This document shows, one piece after another, positions 1-11,035 of a stretch of DNA of 64,000 nucleotides. The notes below the pieces were generated by a model that did no database searches, was not told where the DNA came from, and saw only the letters and a program-made list of their open reading frames with translations. The DNA lies in contig NW_026515673.1 of the NCBI RefSeq assembly GCF_025526975.1, forward strand, positions 558,001 to 622,000. Reading direction: 5' to 3'. The DNA comes from Fimicolochytrium jonesii. Its lineage: Eukaryota. The position numbers and the translations under genes were made by a program. How positions within the stretch are numbered: the stretch's first letter is position 1; every line of letters starts with the position of its first letter.

Positions 1-1946
1 TGGTCGGGGTTTGTCGGGGTACTTTTGGTGGAATTGGGCAACAAGCTCTTGACATCGGGCAAGGTGTTCCACTGGCTCCCATGTGTTCTCCGAGCTTGGC
101 CAACCCTGCCACTTGATGAGGTACTGAAGGTGCGTGCGTCAAATACGGGAGTCAAGAATGTCTTCCACAATCCATTCCTCCTGTCCTTCGACTTCTTCTG
201 GTGGGGTGGGTTCTGGCTCAGTTCGCTCCGGAATGGTGAAACGTGGTTCAAGAAGGGACACATGGAAGACGTTGTGAATTTTGTAGGATGGGGGAAGCTT
301 GAGGCGATATGTGACCGAGTTGATCTTCTCCGTGATTGTGAAGGGGCCAATCTTAAGGTGATCAAGTTTCTGGGAAGGTCGGAGAGTCTTGAGATTCCGT
401 TGTAAGAGCCAGACACTGTCCCCGGGTTTCATGTCTGGGCCAGGTGCCCTCTTAGCATCGGCAAAGCGCTTCATGCGTCCTTGGGCCTCCTTGAGCTCAG
501 TGGCAAGCTGTTCATGGATTTCCTTGAGATGGTTGGCACGAGCTTCGGCTGCAGGATCAAGGGATTCGGTTGTGGTGGCGGAAGCCAGACTGAATTGAGG
601 ATGGAACCCATAGTTGGCGTAGAAGGGGGTTGTCTGGGTGGCGATGGTGTTATTGTAAGAGAACTCAGCAGAAGACAAGAGTTCCTTCCAGTTATCTTGT
701 TGATAGTGGCAAAAGCAGCGAAGGTATTGCTCAAGAATCTGATTGGTCCGCTCGGTTTGTCCATCGCTCTGGGGATGGAACGCCGATGAGAGGTTGACCT
801 TGGTTCCCAGGAGAGCGAAGAGACGTTTCCAGAAGTGGGAGTTGAACTGTGGGCCACGGTCAGATACAATATCGTCGGGGAGTCCATGGAGCCGGATGAC
901 ATGGTGCCAGATGAGATCCGCAGTTGACTCAGCGGTGGCAGTTTTCCTGCACGGTACAAAGTGCGCCATCTTGGTGAACCGGCAGATGACAACGAGCACA
1001 GAATCAACCCCATCACTGGCGGGTAGATCCGTGATGAAGTCCATGGAAATTGACCCCCAGGGGCGGTCAGGGACCTGCAGGGGTTGGAGGAGACCGTAGG
1101 GCTTGTGTCTGCTGGTCTTGGCTTGAGCACATACGTCGCAGGACCTGATGTAGGACTTGACAAAACGCCATTGGCTAGGCCACCAGTAGTTGCGTGAGAT
1201 GAGCTCCAGGGTCTTTGACATGCCGTAGTGTCCTGCCAAACGCGTGTCATGCATGTCCCGGCAGATCTCAGCACGGAGCTTGTTGGTGGGGACGTAGACA
1301 AGGTTGTCGTACAGCAGAACCCCATTTTCCTCGGAGAATCGCTTTATCCGTTCTTGGTCTTCTTGAGATTGCTGGGCAATGGGGGCCCTAAGCTGTCGCC
1401 GGATGGTTTGCGCAAACACATCGGATGCCAGGGCAGCTTTGATTTGGTCAAGGAGCGAGGAGTCCAGTGGGGTCAGATAAGTGGCGGCCAGGCGGAGATG
1501 GTCAGGGGTGAGGATCGTGGTTTCCTGGGAGCGGAATGCTTCTTCCCCCTCCCTTAGCTCGTATTCAGAGCGACGAGAGAGGGCGTCAGCTTGGTGTTGC
1601 TGGGTACCAGGGCGGTATGTGATGACAAAGTCGAAATCAGCAAAGAAGATTGACCAGCGGGATTGGCGGCGGTTGAGGGTACGGGTAGTCATGAAGTACT
1701 GGAGGTTCTTGTGGTCACAGTAAACGATGACCTTGTGGCGGGCACCAATGAGGTGGTGTCGCCATTGAGCAAATGAGTCTTGGATAGCCAGGAGTTCCTT
1801 GTCGTAGATCTCATAGTTGATTTCCTCAGGAGTAAATTTGCGGGAGTGAAAGGCCACGGGGTGGAGTTGATCTGTGTCATCGGGTTGAAGGAGGACGGCG
1901 CCAAGGGCAAAGTCGGAGGCATCGGATTCGACAATGAAGGGCTTGT
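1..1946 (-). pseudogene. pol: pol 3' part: RNase H, integrase and chromodomain, cut off from RT by the LTR insertion; premature TGA at 139-141 inside the chromodomain
   Basis: ORF 139..1857 has HDTRLAGH...CDVC, SMDFITDLP, SDRGPQF, DGQTERTNQ and GPF. Reading through the stop gives EWIVEDILDSRI*RTHLQYLIKWQGWPSSENTWEPVEHL. The frame extends upstream as PFIVESDASDFALGAVL to 1946. Confidence 0.93.
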
Positions 1947-2476
1947 TGTTATGAATGGGCGGAGCCGATGGAAATAGAGGCGACTTGTGGTGCAGGTTGT
2001 TGACAGGTAATGGTATTCAGACCGAAACAAGAACTAGAACAAGACTAGGAAGAACTGGTGTTGATCTGCTGGGGGATCAGGACGTGGGGAGCTCAGGGGA
2101 GGCGGCTATTTATGTTTTTCTGGGAAGGCTGGGGAAGCGTGGGGAAGCAGAAGGGTACGGAATGAGAGGGAAGCCAAGAGAAGCGCCAAGGGTGGGGAAG
2201 CATAAAAACAGAAGACTGGGGATGGGGTGGCTACGCTGAGGCTGTGGGCGGGTACGTGGGGAAGTATGGAGAAGGGTTTGTAAGCGCCGAGTGTTGGGAG
2301 GTGTGGCTACGTGCGGCTGCGTGGAGAAATGAAGGCAGTGGCAGGTGTGGGGTAGCGCGGCTGCGTGCGGCTGCGAGGTTTGGCAGATGTCAGGTTTTGA
2401 CAGGGAATTGACATTGACTGACTGTTGGGATGCTGTCATGAGGTAAGCGCATGGTATGGACGCGTCGTCCATAACA
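1947..2476 (-). repeat. LTR copy 1, inserted in pol and flanked by the 5-bp TSD CTTGT (1942-1946 and 2477-2481)
   Basis: TGTTATG...CATAACA termini. Removing the LTR and one CTTGT restores [18 protein letters not shown]. Confidence 0.97.
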
Positions 2477-4342
2477 CTTGTCAGGGTCGGGGTGAGTCAG
2501 GATAGGTGCGGAGGTGAAGGCTTTCTTGAGGGTTTCAAAAGCTAGGTGTGCAGCGTGGGTCCATTTGAATGGCAAGTCTTTGCGAGTGAGCGTGGTCAGG
2601 GGTGCAACGATCGCAGAGTACCCTTTGATGAATCGCAGGTAGAAGTTGGCAAAACCAAGGAAGCGCTGGATGCCTTTGACATTCGTCGGGGGTTCCCATT
2701 CGGTAATGGCAGCCGTCTTCTTTGGGTCCATGGAAATGCCTTGCTGGGAGATGATAAACCCCAGGAACTCAACAGAGTCACGGTTGAATTCGCATTTTTC
2801 CGGTTTCGCATACAGCCCGTGCTGGCGGAGTCGTGAGAGCACCTCTCGGACGTGGTTGGGGTGGTCTGCTGGGTTTTTTGAGAAGATCAGAATGTCGTCA
2901 AGGTAGACCACAACAAAAACGTCGAGAATGTCACGGAATATGTCGTTCATGAGGTGTTGGAATACTCCAGGGGCATTGGTGAGCCCAAACGGCATGACAT
3001 TATACTCGAATAGGCCGTAGCGACATCGGAACGCTGTCTTCCATTCATCCCCTGGCCGGATCCAAAGAAGGTTGTAGGCTCCCCGGAGGTCAATCTTGGT
3101 GAGCCGGCGTGCCCCTCGAAGACGATCCATGATGCTGTTAATCAAGGGCAAGGGATAGCGATTCTTGATGGTGATATTGTTGAGTCCACGATAGTCGACG
3201 CACAGACGGAGGGAACCGTCCTTTTTCTTGACAAAGAGGACTGGGGCACCGGCGGGAGACTTGGAGTGCTTGATGAACCCCTTAGCTAGGTTCTCTTCAA
3301 GGTAGTCACAGAGTGCCTGCATTTCAGGCTCGCTGAGACTATAGATCGGGCCGAACGGTGGCTGTTTGCCCTCTTCTAAGTCGATGGGACAGTCGTAGGG
3401 TCAGTGCTCTGGGAGGGTATGTGCGTTCTTCTTGGCGAAGACGTCCGCAAAATCTTGGTATTCTTCAGGAATGATGGCCTTCGGATCTTTTGGAGGAGTG
3501 GTCGCCAGGGCTTGGGAATCTGACTTGGTCGGATTGGCGTAGGCAATGAATGCCTGGTCATGCCTTGCCGCCACACGGAAAGCTGGGGCGCTGATAAACG
3601 ATACGTGGATCGGTGTGGGTGCTGGGTCCAGTGTGTTGGGTGTCTGGGCTAGGGAGACTGAAATCTCGTCTTGATGGATACGGATCAGAGGTTCAGGGGT
3701 TTTTGAGGGCTTCGGGCTAGGTTCTGTTGGCAGGGCATCCCAGGAGGCGTATTGTCCAAAACCGCAATGGCAGCGGACGCAAAGAGTGCGAGTCTTCCAG
3801 TGTAGCTCCACATCATGGAGCTCAAACCAGGGAAGCCCCAGGATGATTGGCGCATGCGGGGAACATGTCACATGGAATACCACCTCCTCAAAATGGTCGT
3901 TGACCCACATGCCCAAAGGTTGGGTGTGATGGGTAATGGAGCCCGCATGGCTGGGACGTCCGTCAACCAGTTCAAGCGCAATGGGGTCCTCCTTCTCGAC
4001 AAGTGGGATGCGGTGCTTGCGGGCATAACTTTCGTCGATGAAGCACGACATCGCACCGGTGTCGAGTAGTGCTGAAAGCTGAACTGGAGCTCGCTGGGCC
4101 GATATCTGCAGGGTAACAGGGTACTCGAATGGTGAGGATGGGCCCAAAGTCCGCATGGGTGAGGGTATCTCAGATAGGAGATTGACATTGTTGGTGGTCA
4201 GGAGAAGGGTGTTGCTGGAGATGCCAGGATCGGAGCAAGGTTTTGTGGCTTCTCCCTTGGCAGTACTTGCGTGGTGAGAAGGCCCAGGACAGGTGTTGCC
4301 CAGCTGCTCGGCCTTTACTGCAGCTGGACTTGGGCAAAATCC
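2390..4342 (-). pseudogene. pol: pol unit 1 (protease + RT, truncated before RNase H; nonsense codon at 3401-3403)
   Basis: ORFs 3401..4156 (LLDTGA) and 2390..3322 (YLDD) are separated by a TGA where the other copies have CGA. Confidence 0.92.
4279..4342 (-). promoter_or_regulatory. -1 ribosomal frameshift signal (GGAUUUU + predicted pseudoknot); equivalent heptamers at 7680-7686, 11029-11035 and 14374-14380
   Basis: pol is in the -1 frame relative to gag and overlaps it here. Heptamer 4336-4342; stem CCAGCUGC/GCAGCUGG; loop AAGGCC can pair with a downstream GGCCUU. Confidence 0.75.
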
Positions 4343-5241
4343 TGGATGGGTGCAGGTTCCTTAACCGCGACATTCGCCGTGCGTATCTTGTTCGGGCAGA
4401 GTTCGGCTATGTGGCCGGGTTTACCACAGTAGAGGCAAAGTTTGTTTGTGATGTGGTGTTGGCGCTCTAGCGGTGTGAGGGGTCCTCGCGGACGAGCAGC
4501 GTCAATGATCATAGGGTCGTCTGGGCGGTTGTCGGGGCTCATGAGGGTGGGGCTAGTGGTAACTGGCACATATGGCTGTCGGTTCCTGCTTCGCTCTAGA
4601 CGGCGCTCAAACAATCGGTTGTCACATTGGATGGCCTGTTCCATCACGGTGTCGATTGAGGCGGTAGGGGGCATCGTGAGCATTAAGTCCTTGACGTCTT
4701 CTTTGAGGCCGCGATGGAAGGTGGCAATCAATGCCTGGTCATTCCACGACACATCGCATTGCAGCTGTCGGAATTCAGCTACATACTCTGTTGCTGCACG
4801 GGTTTGTCGAAGGTTCTGGAGCTTGTTTTCGGATGTGCGGATCCTGTCGCTGTCTCCAAAGACTGCTTGCATTTGCTGGATGAAATCATCCAGGTTTGTA
4901 AGGGAATGATGGTCTTGTTCGACAAGGGGCGCCAGCCAGGCCTGGGCGGTGCCAGTGAGGTAGGTGCCAATAGTTCGTATCTTGGTCTGATCATTGGGGT
5001 AGCGCCTGGGTTGGAGGGCGAACATGAGCCGGATCTGGTTGAGGAACCCACGGAACTTGATTCGGGTGCCATCAAATTTGTCTGGGAGACTGATTTTGGG
5101 TTCGGGGGCGTGGGTGGCAGGGGCAGTGGTCTGGGTTTGCGCTAGTTCGGCTTGTAGGGTGGTATTCTGTGCTCGAAGTTCGTCAATCGCATTGCACATG
5201 GCTTGCCAGGCTTCGGCCGTGAGGTGAAGGGCGTCGGACAT
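4315..5241 (-). CDS. gag: Gag unit 1 (308 aa, capsid-like region + CCHC zinc knuckle)
   Basis: Intact ORF with LPDKFDG, EYVAEFRQL and CLYCGKPGHIAELC. Confidence 0.93.
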   Translation of the reverse strand: MSDALHLTAEAWQAMCNAIDELRAQNTTLQAELAQTQTTAPATHAPEPKISLPDKFDGTRIKFRGFLNQIRLMFALQPRRYPNDQTKIRTIGTYLTGTAQAWLAPLVEQDHHSLTNLDDFIQQMQAVFGDSDRIRTSENKLQNLRQTRAATEYVAEFRQLQCDVSWNDQALIATFHRGLKEDVKDLMLTMPPTASIDTVMEQAIQCDNRLFERRLERSRNRQPYVPVTTSPTLMSPDNRPDDPMIIDAARPRGPLTPLERQHHITNKLCLYCGKPGHIAELCPNKIRTANVAVKEPAPIQDFAQVQLQ

Positions 5242-5292
5242 GGTGATTTGGCGTGGAGGTACAGCGGCTGGGGGTTGTTGAGCAGATCAAAC

Positions 5293-5822
5293 TGTTATGA
5301 ATGGGCGGAGCCGATGGAAATAGAGGCGACTTGTGGTGCAGGTTGTTGACAGGTAATGGTATTCAGACCGAAACAAGAACTAGAACAAGACTAGGAAGAA
5401 CTGGTGTTGATCTGCTGGGGGATCAGGACGTGGGGAGCTCAGGGGAGGCGGCTATTTATGTTTTTCTGGGAAGGCTGGGGAAGCGTGGGGAAGCAGAAGG
5501 GTACGGAATGAGAGGGAAGCCAAGAGAAGCGCCAAGGGTGGGGAAGCATAGAAACAGAAGACTGGGGATGAGGTGGCTACGCTGAGGCTGTGGGCGGGTA
5601 CGTGGGGAAGTATGGAGAAGGGTTTGTAAGCGCCGAGTGTTGGGAGGTGTGGCTACGTGCGGCTGCGTGGAGAAATGAAGGCAGTGGCAGGTGTGGGGTA
5701 GCGCGGCTGCGTGCGGCTGCGAGGTTTGGCAGATGTCAGGTTTTGACAGGGAATTGACATTGACTGACTGTTGGGATGCTGTCATGAGGTAAGCGCATGG
5801 TATGGACGCGTCGTCCATAACA
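5293..5822 (-). repeat. LTR copy 2
   Basis: Near-identical to 1947-2476, with the same termini. Confidence 0.97.
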
Positions 5823-7686
5823 CTTGTCAGGGTCGGGGTGAGTCAGGATAGGTGCGGAGGTGAAGGCTTTCTTGAGGGTTTCAAAAGCTAGGTGTGCAGC
5901 GTGGGTCCATTTGAATGGCAAGTCTTTGCGAGTGAGCGTGGTCAGGGGTGCAACGATCGCAGAGTACCCTTTGATGAATCGCCGGTAGAAGTTGGCAAAA
6001 CCAAGGAAGCGCTGGATGCCTTTGACATTCGTCGGGGGTTCCCATTCGGTAATGGCAGCCGTCTTCTTTGGGTCCATGGAAATGCCTTGCTGGGAGATGA
6101 TAAACCCCAGGAACTCAACAGAGTCACGGTTGAATTCGCATTTTCCGGTTTCGCATACAGCCCGTGCTGGCGGAGTCGTGAGAGCACCTCTCGGACGTGG
6201 TTGGGGTGGTCTGCTGGGTTTTTTGAGAAGATCAGAATGTCGTCAAGGTAGACCACAACAAAAACGTCGAGAATGTCACGGAATATGTCGTTCATGAGGT
6301 GTTGGAATACTCCAGGGGCATTGGTGAGCCCAAACGGCATGACATTATACTCGAATAGGCCGTAGCGACATCGGAACGCTGTCTTCCATTCATCCCCTGG
6401 CCGGATCCAAAGAAGGTTGTAGGCTCCCCGGAGGTCAATCTTGGTGAGCCGGCGTGCCCCTCGAAGACGATCCATGATGCTGTTAATCAAGGGCAAGGGA
6501 TAGCGATTCTTGATGGTGATATTGTTGAGTCCACGATAGTCGACGCACAGACGGAGGGAACCGTCCTTTTTCTTGACAAAGAGGACTGGGGCACCGGCGG
6601 GAGACTTGGAGTGCTTGATGAACCCCTTAGCTAGGTTCTCTTCAAGGTAGTCACAGAGTGCCTGCATTTCAGGCTCGCTGAGACTATAGATCGGGCCGAA
6701 CGGTGGCTGTTTGCCCTCTTCTAAGTCGATGGGACAGTCGTAGGGTCGGTGCTCTGGGAGGGTATCTGCGTTCTTCTTGGCGAAGACGTCCGCAAAATCT
6801 TGGTATTCTTCAGGAATGATGGCCTTCGGATCTTTTGGAGGAGTGGTCGCCAGGGCTTGGGAATCTGACTTGGTCGGATTGGCGTAGGCAATGAATGCCT
6901 GGTCATGCCTTGCCGCCACATGGAAAGCTGGGGCGCTGATAAACGATACGTGGATCGGTGTGGGTGCTGGGTCCAGTGTGTTGGGTGTCTGGGCTAGGGA
7001 GACTGAAATCTCGTCTTGATGGATACGGATCAGAGGTTCAGGGGTTCTTGAGGGCTTCGGGCTAGGTTCTGTTGGCAGGGCACCCCAGGAGGCGTTTGTC
7101 CAAAACCGCAATGGCAGCGGACGCAAAGAGTGCGAGTCTTCCAGTGTAGCTCCACATCATGGAGCTCAAACCAGGGAAGCCCCAGGATGATTGGCGCATG
7201 CGGGGAACATGTCACATGGAATACCACCTCCTCAAAATGGTCGTTGACGCACATGCCCAAAGGTTGGGTGTGATGGGTAATGGAGCCCGCATGGCTGGGA
7301 CGTCCGTCAACCAGTTCAAGCGCAATGGGGTCCTCCTTCTTGACAAGTGGGATGCGGTGCTTGCGGGCATAACTTTTGTCGATGAAGCACGACATCGCAC
7401 CGGTGTCGAGTAGTGCTGAAAGCTGAACTGGAGCTCGCTGGGCCGATATCTGCAGGGTAACAGGGTACTCGAATGGTGAGGATGGGCCCAAAGTCCGCAT
7501 GGGTGAGGGTATCTCAGATAGGAGATAGACATTGTTGGTGGTCAGGAGAAGGGTGTTGCTGGAGATGCCAGGATCGGAGCAAGGTTTTGTGGCTTCTCCC
7601 TTGGCAGTACTTGCGTGGTGAGAAGGCCCAGGACAGGTGTTGCCCAGCTGCTCGGCCTTTACTGCAGCTGGACTTGGGCAAAATCC
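5736..7686 (-). pseudogene. pol: pol unit 2 (PR-RT), with frameshifts near 6141 and 7095
   Basis: Split across ORFs 7030..7500, 5942..7126 and 5736..6077. The 1-bp indels could be sequencing errors. Confidence 0.88.
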
Positions 7687-8586
7687 TGGATGGGTGCAGG
7701 TTCCTTAACCGCGACATTCGCCGTGCGTATCTTGTTCGGGCAGAGTTTGGCTATGTGGCCGGGTTTACCACAGTAGAGGCAAAGTTTGTTTGTGATGCGG
7801 TGTTGGCGCTCTAGCGGTGTGAGGGGTCCTCGCGGACGAGCAGCGTCAATGATCATAGGGTCGTCTGGGCGGTTGTCGGGGCTCATGAGGGTGGGGCTAG
7901 TGGTAACTGGCACATATGGCTGTTGGTTCCTGCTTCGCTCTAGACGGCGCTCAAACAATCGGTTGTCACATTGGATGGCCTGTTCCATCACGGTGTCGAT
8001 TGAGGCGGTAGGGGGCATCGTGAGCATTAAGTCCTTGACGTCTTCTTTGAGGCCGCGACGGAAGGTGGCAATCAATGCCTGGTCATTCCACGACACATCG
8101 CATTGCAGCTGTCGGAATTCAGCTACATACTCTGTTGCTGCACGGGTTTGTCGAAGGTTCTGGAGCTTGTTTTCGGATGTGCGGATCCTGTCGCTGTCTC
8201 CAAAGACTGCTTGCATTTGCTGGATGAAATCATCCAGGTTCGTAAGGGAATGATGGTCTTGTTCGACAAGGGGCGCCAGCCAGGCCTGGGCGGTGCCAGT
8301 GAGGTAGGTGCCAATAGTTCGTATCTTGGTCTGATCGTTGGGGGTAGCGCCTGGGTTGGAGGGCAAACATGAGCCGGATCTGGTTGAGGAACCCACGGAA
8401 CTTGCTTCGGGTGCCATCAAATTTGTCTGGGAGACTGATTTTGGGTTCGGGGGCGTGGGTGGCAGGGGCAGTGGTCTGGGTTTGCGCTAGTTCGGCTTGT
8501 AGGGTGGTATTCTGTGCTCGAAGTTCGTCAATCGCATTGCACATGGCTTGCCAGGCTTCGGCCGTGAGGGGAAGGGCGTCGGACAT
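7659..8586 (-). pseudogene. gag: Gag unit 2, +1 frameshift in a G run near 8340
   Basis: ORFs 8230..8586 and 7659..8420 together give the Gag sequence. There is one extra G in a homopolymer. Confidence 0.88.
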
Positions 8587-8637
8587 GGTGATTTGGCGTG
8601 GAGGTACAGCGGCTGGGGGTTGTTGAGCAGATCAAAC

Positions 8638-9169
8638 TGTTATGAATGGGCGGAGCCGATGGAAATAGAGGCGACTTGTGGTGCAGGTTGTTGACAGGTA
8701 ATGGTATTCAGACCGAAACAAGAACTAGAACAAGACTAGGAAGAACTGGTGTTGATCTGCTGGGGGATCAGGACGTGGGGAGCTCAGGGGCGGCGGCTAT
8801 TTATGTTTTTCTGGGAAGGCTGGGGAAGCGTGGGGAAGCAGAAGGGTACGGAATGAGAGGGAAGCCAAGAGAAGCGCCAAGGGTGGGGAAGCATAGAAAC
8901 AGAAGACTGGGGATGAGGGTGGCTACGCTGAGGCTGTGGGCGGGTACGTGGGGAAGTATGGAGAAGGGTTTGTAAGCGCCGAGTGTTGGGAGGTGTGGAC
9001 TACGTGCGGCTGCGTGGAGAAATGAAGGCAGTGGCAGGTGTGGGGTAGCGCGGCTGCGTGCGGCTGCGAGGTTTGGCAGATGTCAGGTTTTGACAGGGAA
9101 TTGACATTGACTGACTGTTGGGATGCTGTCATGAGGTAAGCGCATGGTATGGACGCGTCGTCCATAACA
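8638..9169 (-). repeat. LTR copy 3 (532 bp)
   Basis: Near-identical to the other LTRs, with two 1-bp insertions. Confidence 0.96.
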
Positions 9170-11035
9170 CTTGTCAGGGTCGGGGTGAGTCAGGATAGGT
9201 GCGGAGGTGAAGGCTTTCTTGAGGGTTTCAAAAGCTAGGTGTGCAGCGTGGGTCCATTTGAATGGCAAGTCTTTGCGAGTGAGCGTGGTCAGGGGTGCAA
9301 CGATCGCAGAGTACCCTTTGATGAATCGCCGGTAGAAGTTGGCAAAACCAAGGAAGCGCTGGATGCCTTTGACATTCGTCGGGGGTTCCCATTCGGTAAT
9401 GGCAGCCGTCTTCTTTGGGTCCATGGAAATGCCTTGCTGGGAGATGATAAACCCCAGGAACTCAACAGAGTCACGGTTGAATTCGCATTTTTCCGGTTTC
9501 GCATACAGCCCGTGCTGGCGGAGTCGTGAGAGCACCTCTCGGACGTGGTTGGGGTGGTCTGCTGGGTTTTTTGAGAAGATCAGAATGTCGTCAAGGTAGA
9601 CCACAACAAAAACGTCGAGAATGTCACGGAATATGTCGTTCATGAGGTGTTGGAATACTCCAGGGGCATTGGTGAGCCCAAACGGCATGACATTATACTC
9701 GAATAGGCCGTAGCGACATCGGAACGCTGTCTTCCATTCATCCCCTGGCCGGATCCGAAGAAGGTTGTAGGCTCCCCGGAGGTCAATCTTGGTGAGCCGG
9801 CGTGCCCCTCGAAGACGATCCATGATGCTGTTAATCAAGGGCAAGGGATAGCGATTCTTGATGGTGATATTGTTGAGTCCACGATAGTCGACGCACAGAC
9901 GGAGGGAACCGTCCTTTTTCTTGACAAAGAGGACTGGGGCACCGGCGGGAGACTTGGAGTGCTTGATGAACCCCTTAGCTAGGTTCTCTTCAAGGTAGTC
10001 ACAGAGTGCCTGCATTTCAGGCTCGCTGAGACTATAGATCGGGCCGAACGGTGGCTGTTTGCCCTCTTCTAAGTCGATGGGACAGTCGTAGGGTCGGTGC
10101 TCTGGGAGGGTATCCGCGTTCTTCTTGGCGAAGACGTCCGCAAAATCTTGGTATTCTTCAGGAATGATGGCCTTCGGATCTTTTGGAGGAGTGGTCGCCA
10201 GGGCTTGGGAATCTGACTTGGTCGGATTGGCGTAGGCAATGAATGCCTGGTCATGCCTTGCCGCCACACGGAAAGCTGGGGCGCTGATAAACGATACGTG
10301 GATCGGTGTGGGTGCTGGGTCCAGTGTGTTGGGTGTCTGGGCTAGGGAGACTGAAATCTCGTCTTGATGGATACGGATCAGAGGTTCAGGGGTTTTTGAG
10401 GGCTTCGGGCTAGGTTCTGTTGGCAGGGCATCCCAGGAGGCGTATTGTCCAAAACCGCAATGGCAGCGGACGCAAAGAGTGCGAGTCTTCCAGTGTAGCT
10501 CCACATCATGGAGCTCAAACCAGGGAAGCCCCAGGATGATTGGCGCATGCGGGGAACATGTCACATGGAATACCACCTCCTCAAAATGGTCGTTGACCCA
10601 CATGCCCAAAGGTTGGGTGTGATGGGTAATGGAGCCCGCATGGCTGGGACGTCCGTCAACCAGTTCAAGCGCAATGGGGTCCTCCTTCTTGACAAGTGGG
10701 ATGCGGTGCTTGCGGGCATAACTTTCGTCGATGAAGCACGACATCGCACCGGTGTCGAGTAGTGCTGAAAGCTGAACTGGAGCTCGCTGGGCCGATATCT
10801 GCAGGGTAACAGGGTACTCGAATGGTGAGGATGGGCCCAAAGTCCGCATGGGTGAGGGTATCTCAGATAGGAGATTGACATTGTTGGTGGTCAGGAGAAG
10901 GGTGTTGCTGGAGATGCCAGGATCGGAGCAAGGTTTTGTGGCTTCTCCCTTGGCAGTACTTGCGTGGTGAGAAGGCCCAGGACAGGTGTTGCCCAGCTGC
11001 TCGGCCTTTACTGCAGCTGGACTTGGGCAAAATCC
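9083..11035 (-). CDS. pol: pol unit 3: uninterrupted protease + RT, ending in an LTR-encoded tail; no RNase H or integrase
   Basis: ORF 9083..10849 is open from LLDTGA through YLDD to HPDPDK, then continues as CYGRRVH...PVKT* from LTR sequence. Confidence 0.9.
   Translation of the reverse strand, partial: GFCPSPAAVKAEQLGNTCPGPSHHASTAKGEATKPCSDPGISSNTLLLTTNNVNLLSEIPSPMRTLGPSSPFEYPVTLQISAQRAPVQLSALLDTGAMSCFIDESYARKHRIPLVKKEDPIALELVDGRPSHAGSITHHTQPLGMWVNDHFEEVVFHVTCSPHAPIILGLPWFELHDVELHWKTRTLCVRCHCGFGQYASWDALPTEPSPKPSKTPEPLIRIHQDEISVSLAQTPNTLDPAPTPIHVSFISAPAFRVAARHDQAFIAYANPTKSDSQALATTPPKDPKAIIPEEYQDFADVFAKKNADTLPEHRPYDCPIDLEEGKQPPFGPIYSLSEPEMQALCDYLEENLAKGFIKHSKSPAGAPVLFVKKKDGSLRLCVDYRGLNNITIKNRYPLPLINSIMDRLRGARRLTKIDLRGAYNLLRIRPGDEWKTAFRCRYGLFEYNVMPFGLTNAPGVFQHLMNDIFRDILDVFVVVYLDDILIFSKNPADHPNHVREVLSRLRQHGLYAKPEKCEFNRDSVEFLGFIISQQGISMDPKKTAAITEWEPPTNVKGIQRFLGFANFYRRFIKGYSAIVAPLTTLTRKDLPFKWTHAAHLAFETLKKAFTSAPILTHPDPDKCYGRRVHTMRLPHDSIPTVSQCQFPVKT

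Noticed and set aside
1955..2472. 94-aa and 120-aa ORFs recurring five times
   Set aside because: They lie within the LTR and recur only because the LTR does; no recognisable motifs.
4170..4317. Stop-codon readthrough from gag into pol
   Set aside because: The gag frame hits a second stop soon after the TAA, and pol is in the -1 frame.
6141..8344. Frameshifts in unit 2 as evidence of biological decay
   Set aside because: At least two fall in homopolymer runs (as does the one at 51612-51617) and may be sequencing errors; cannot be resolved without reads.
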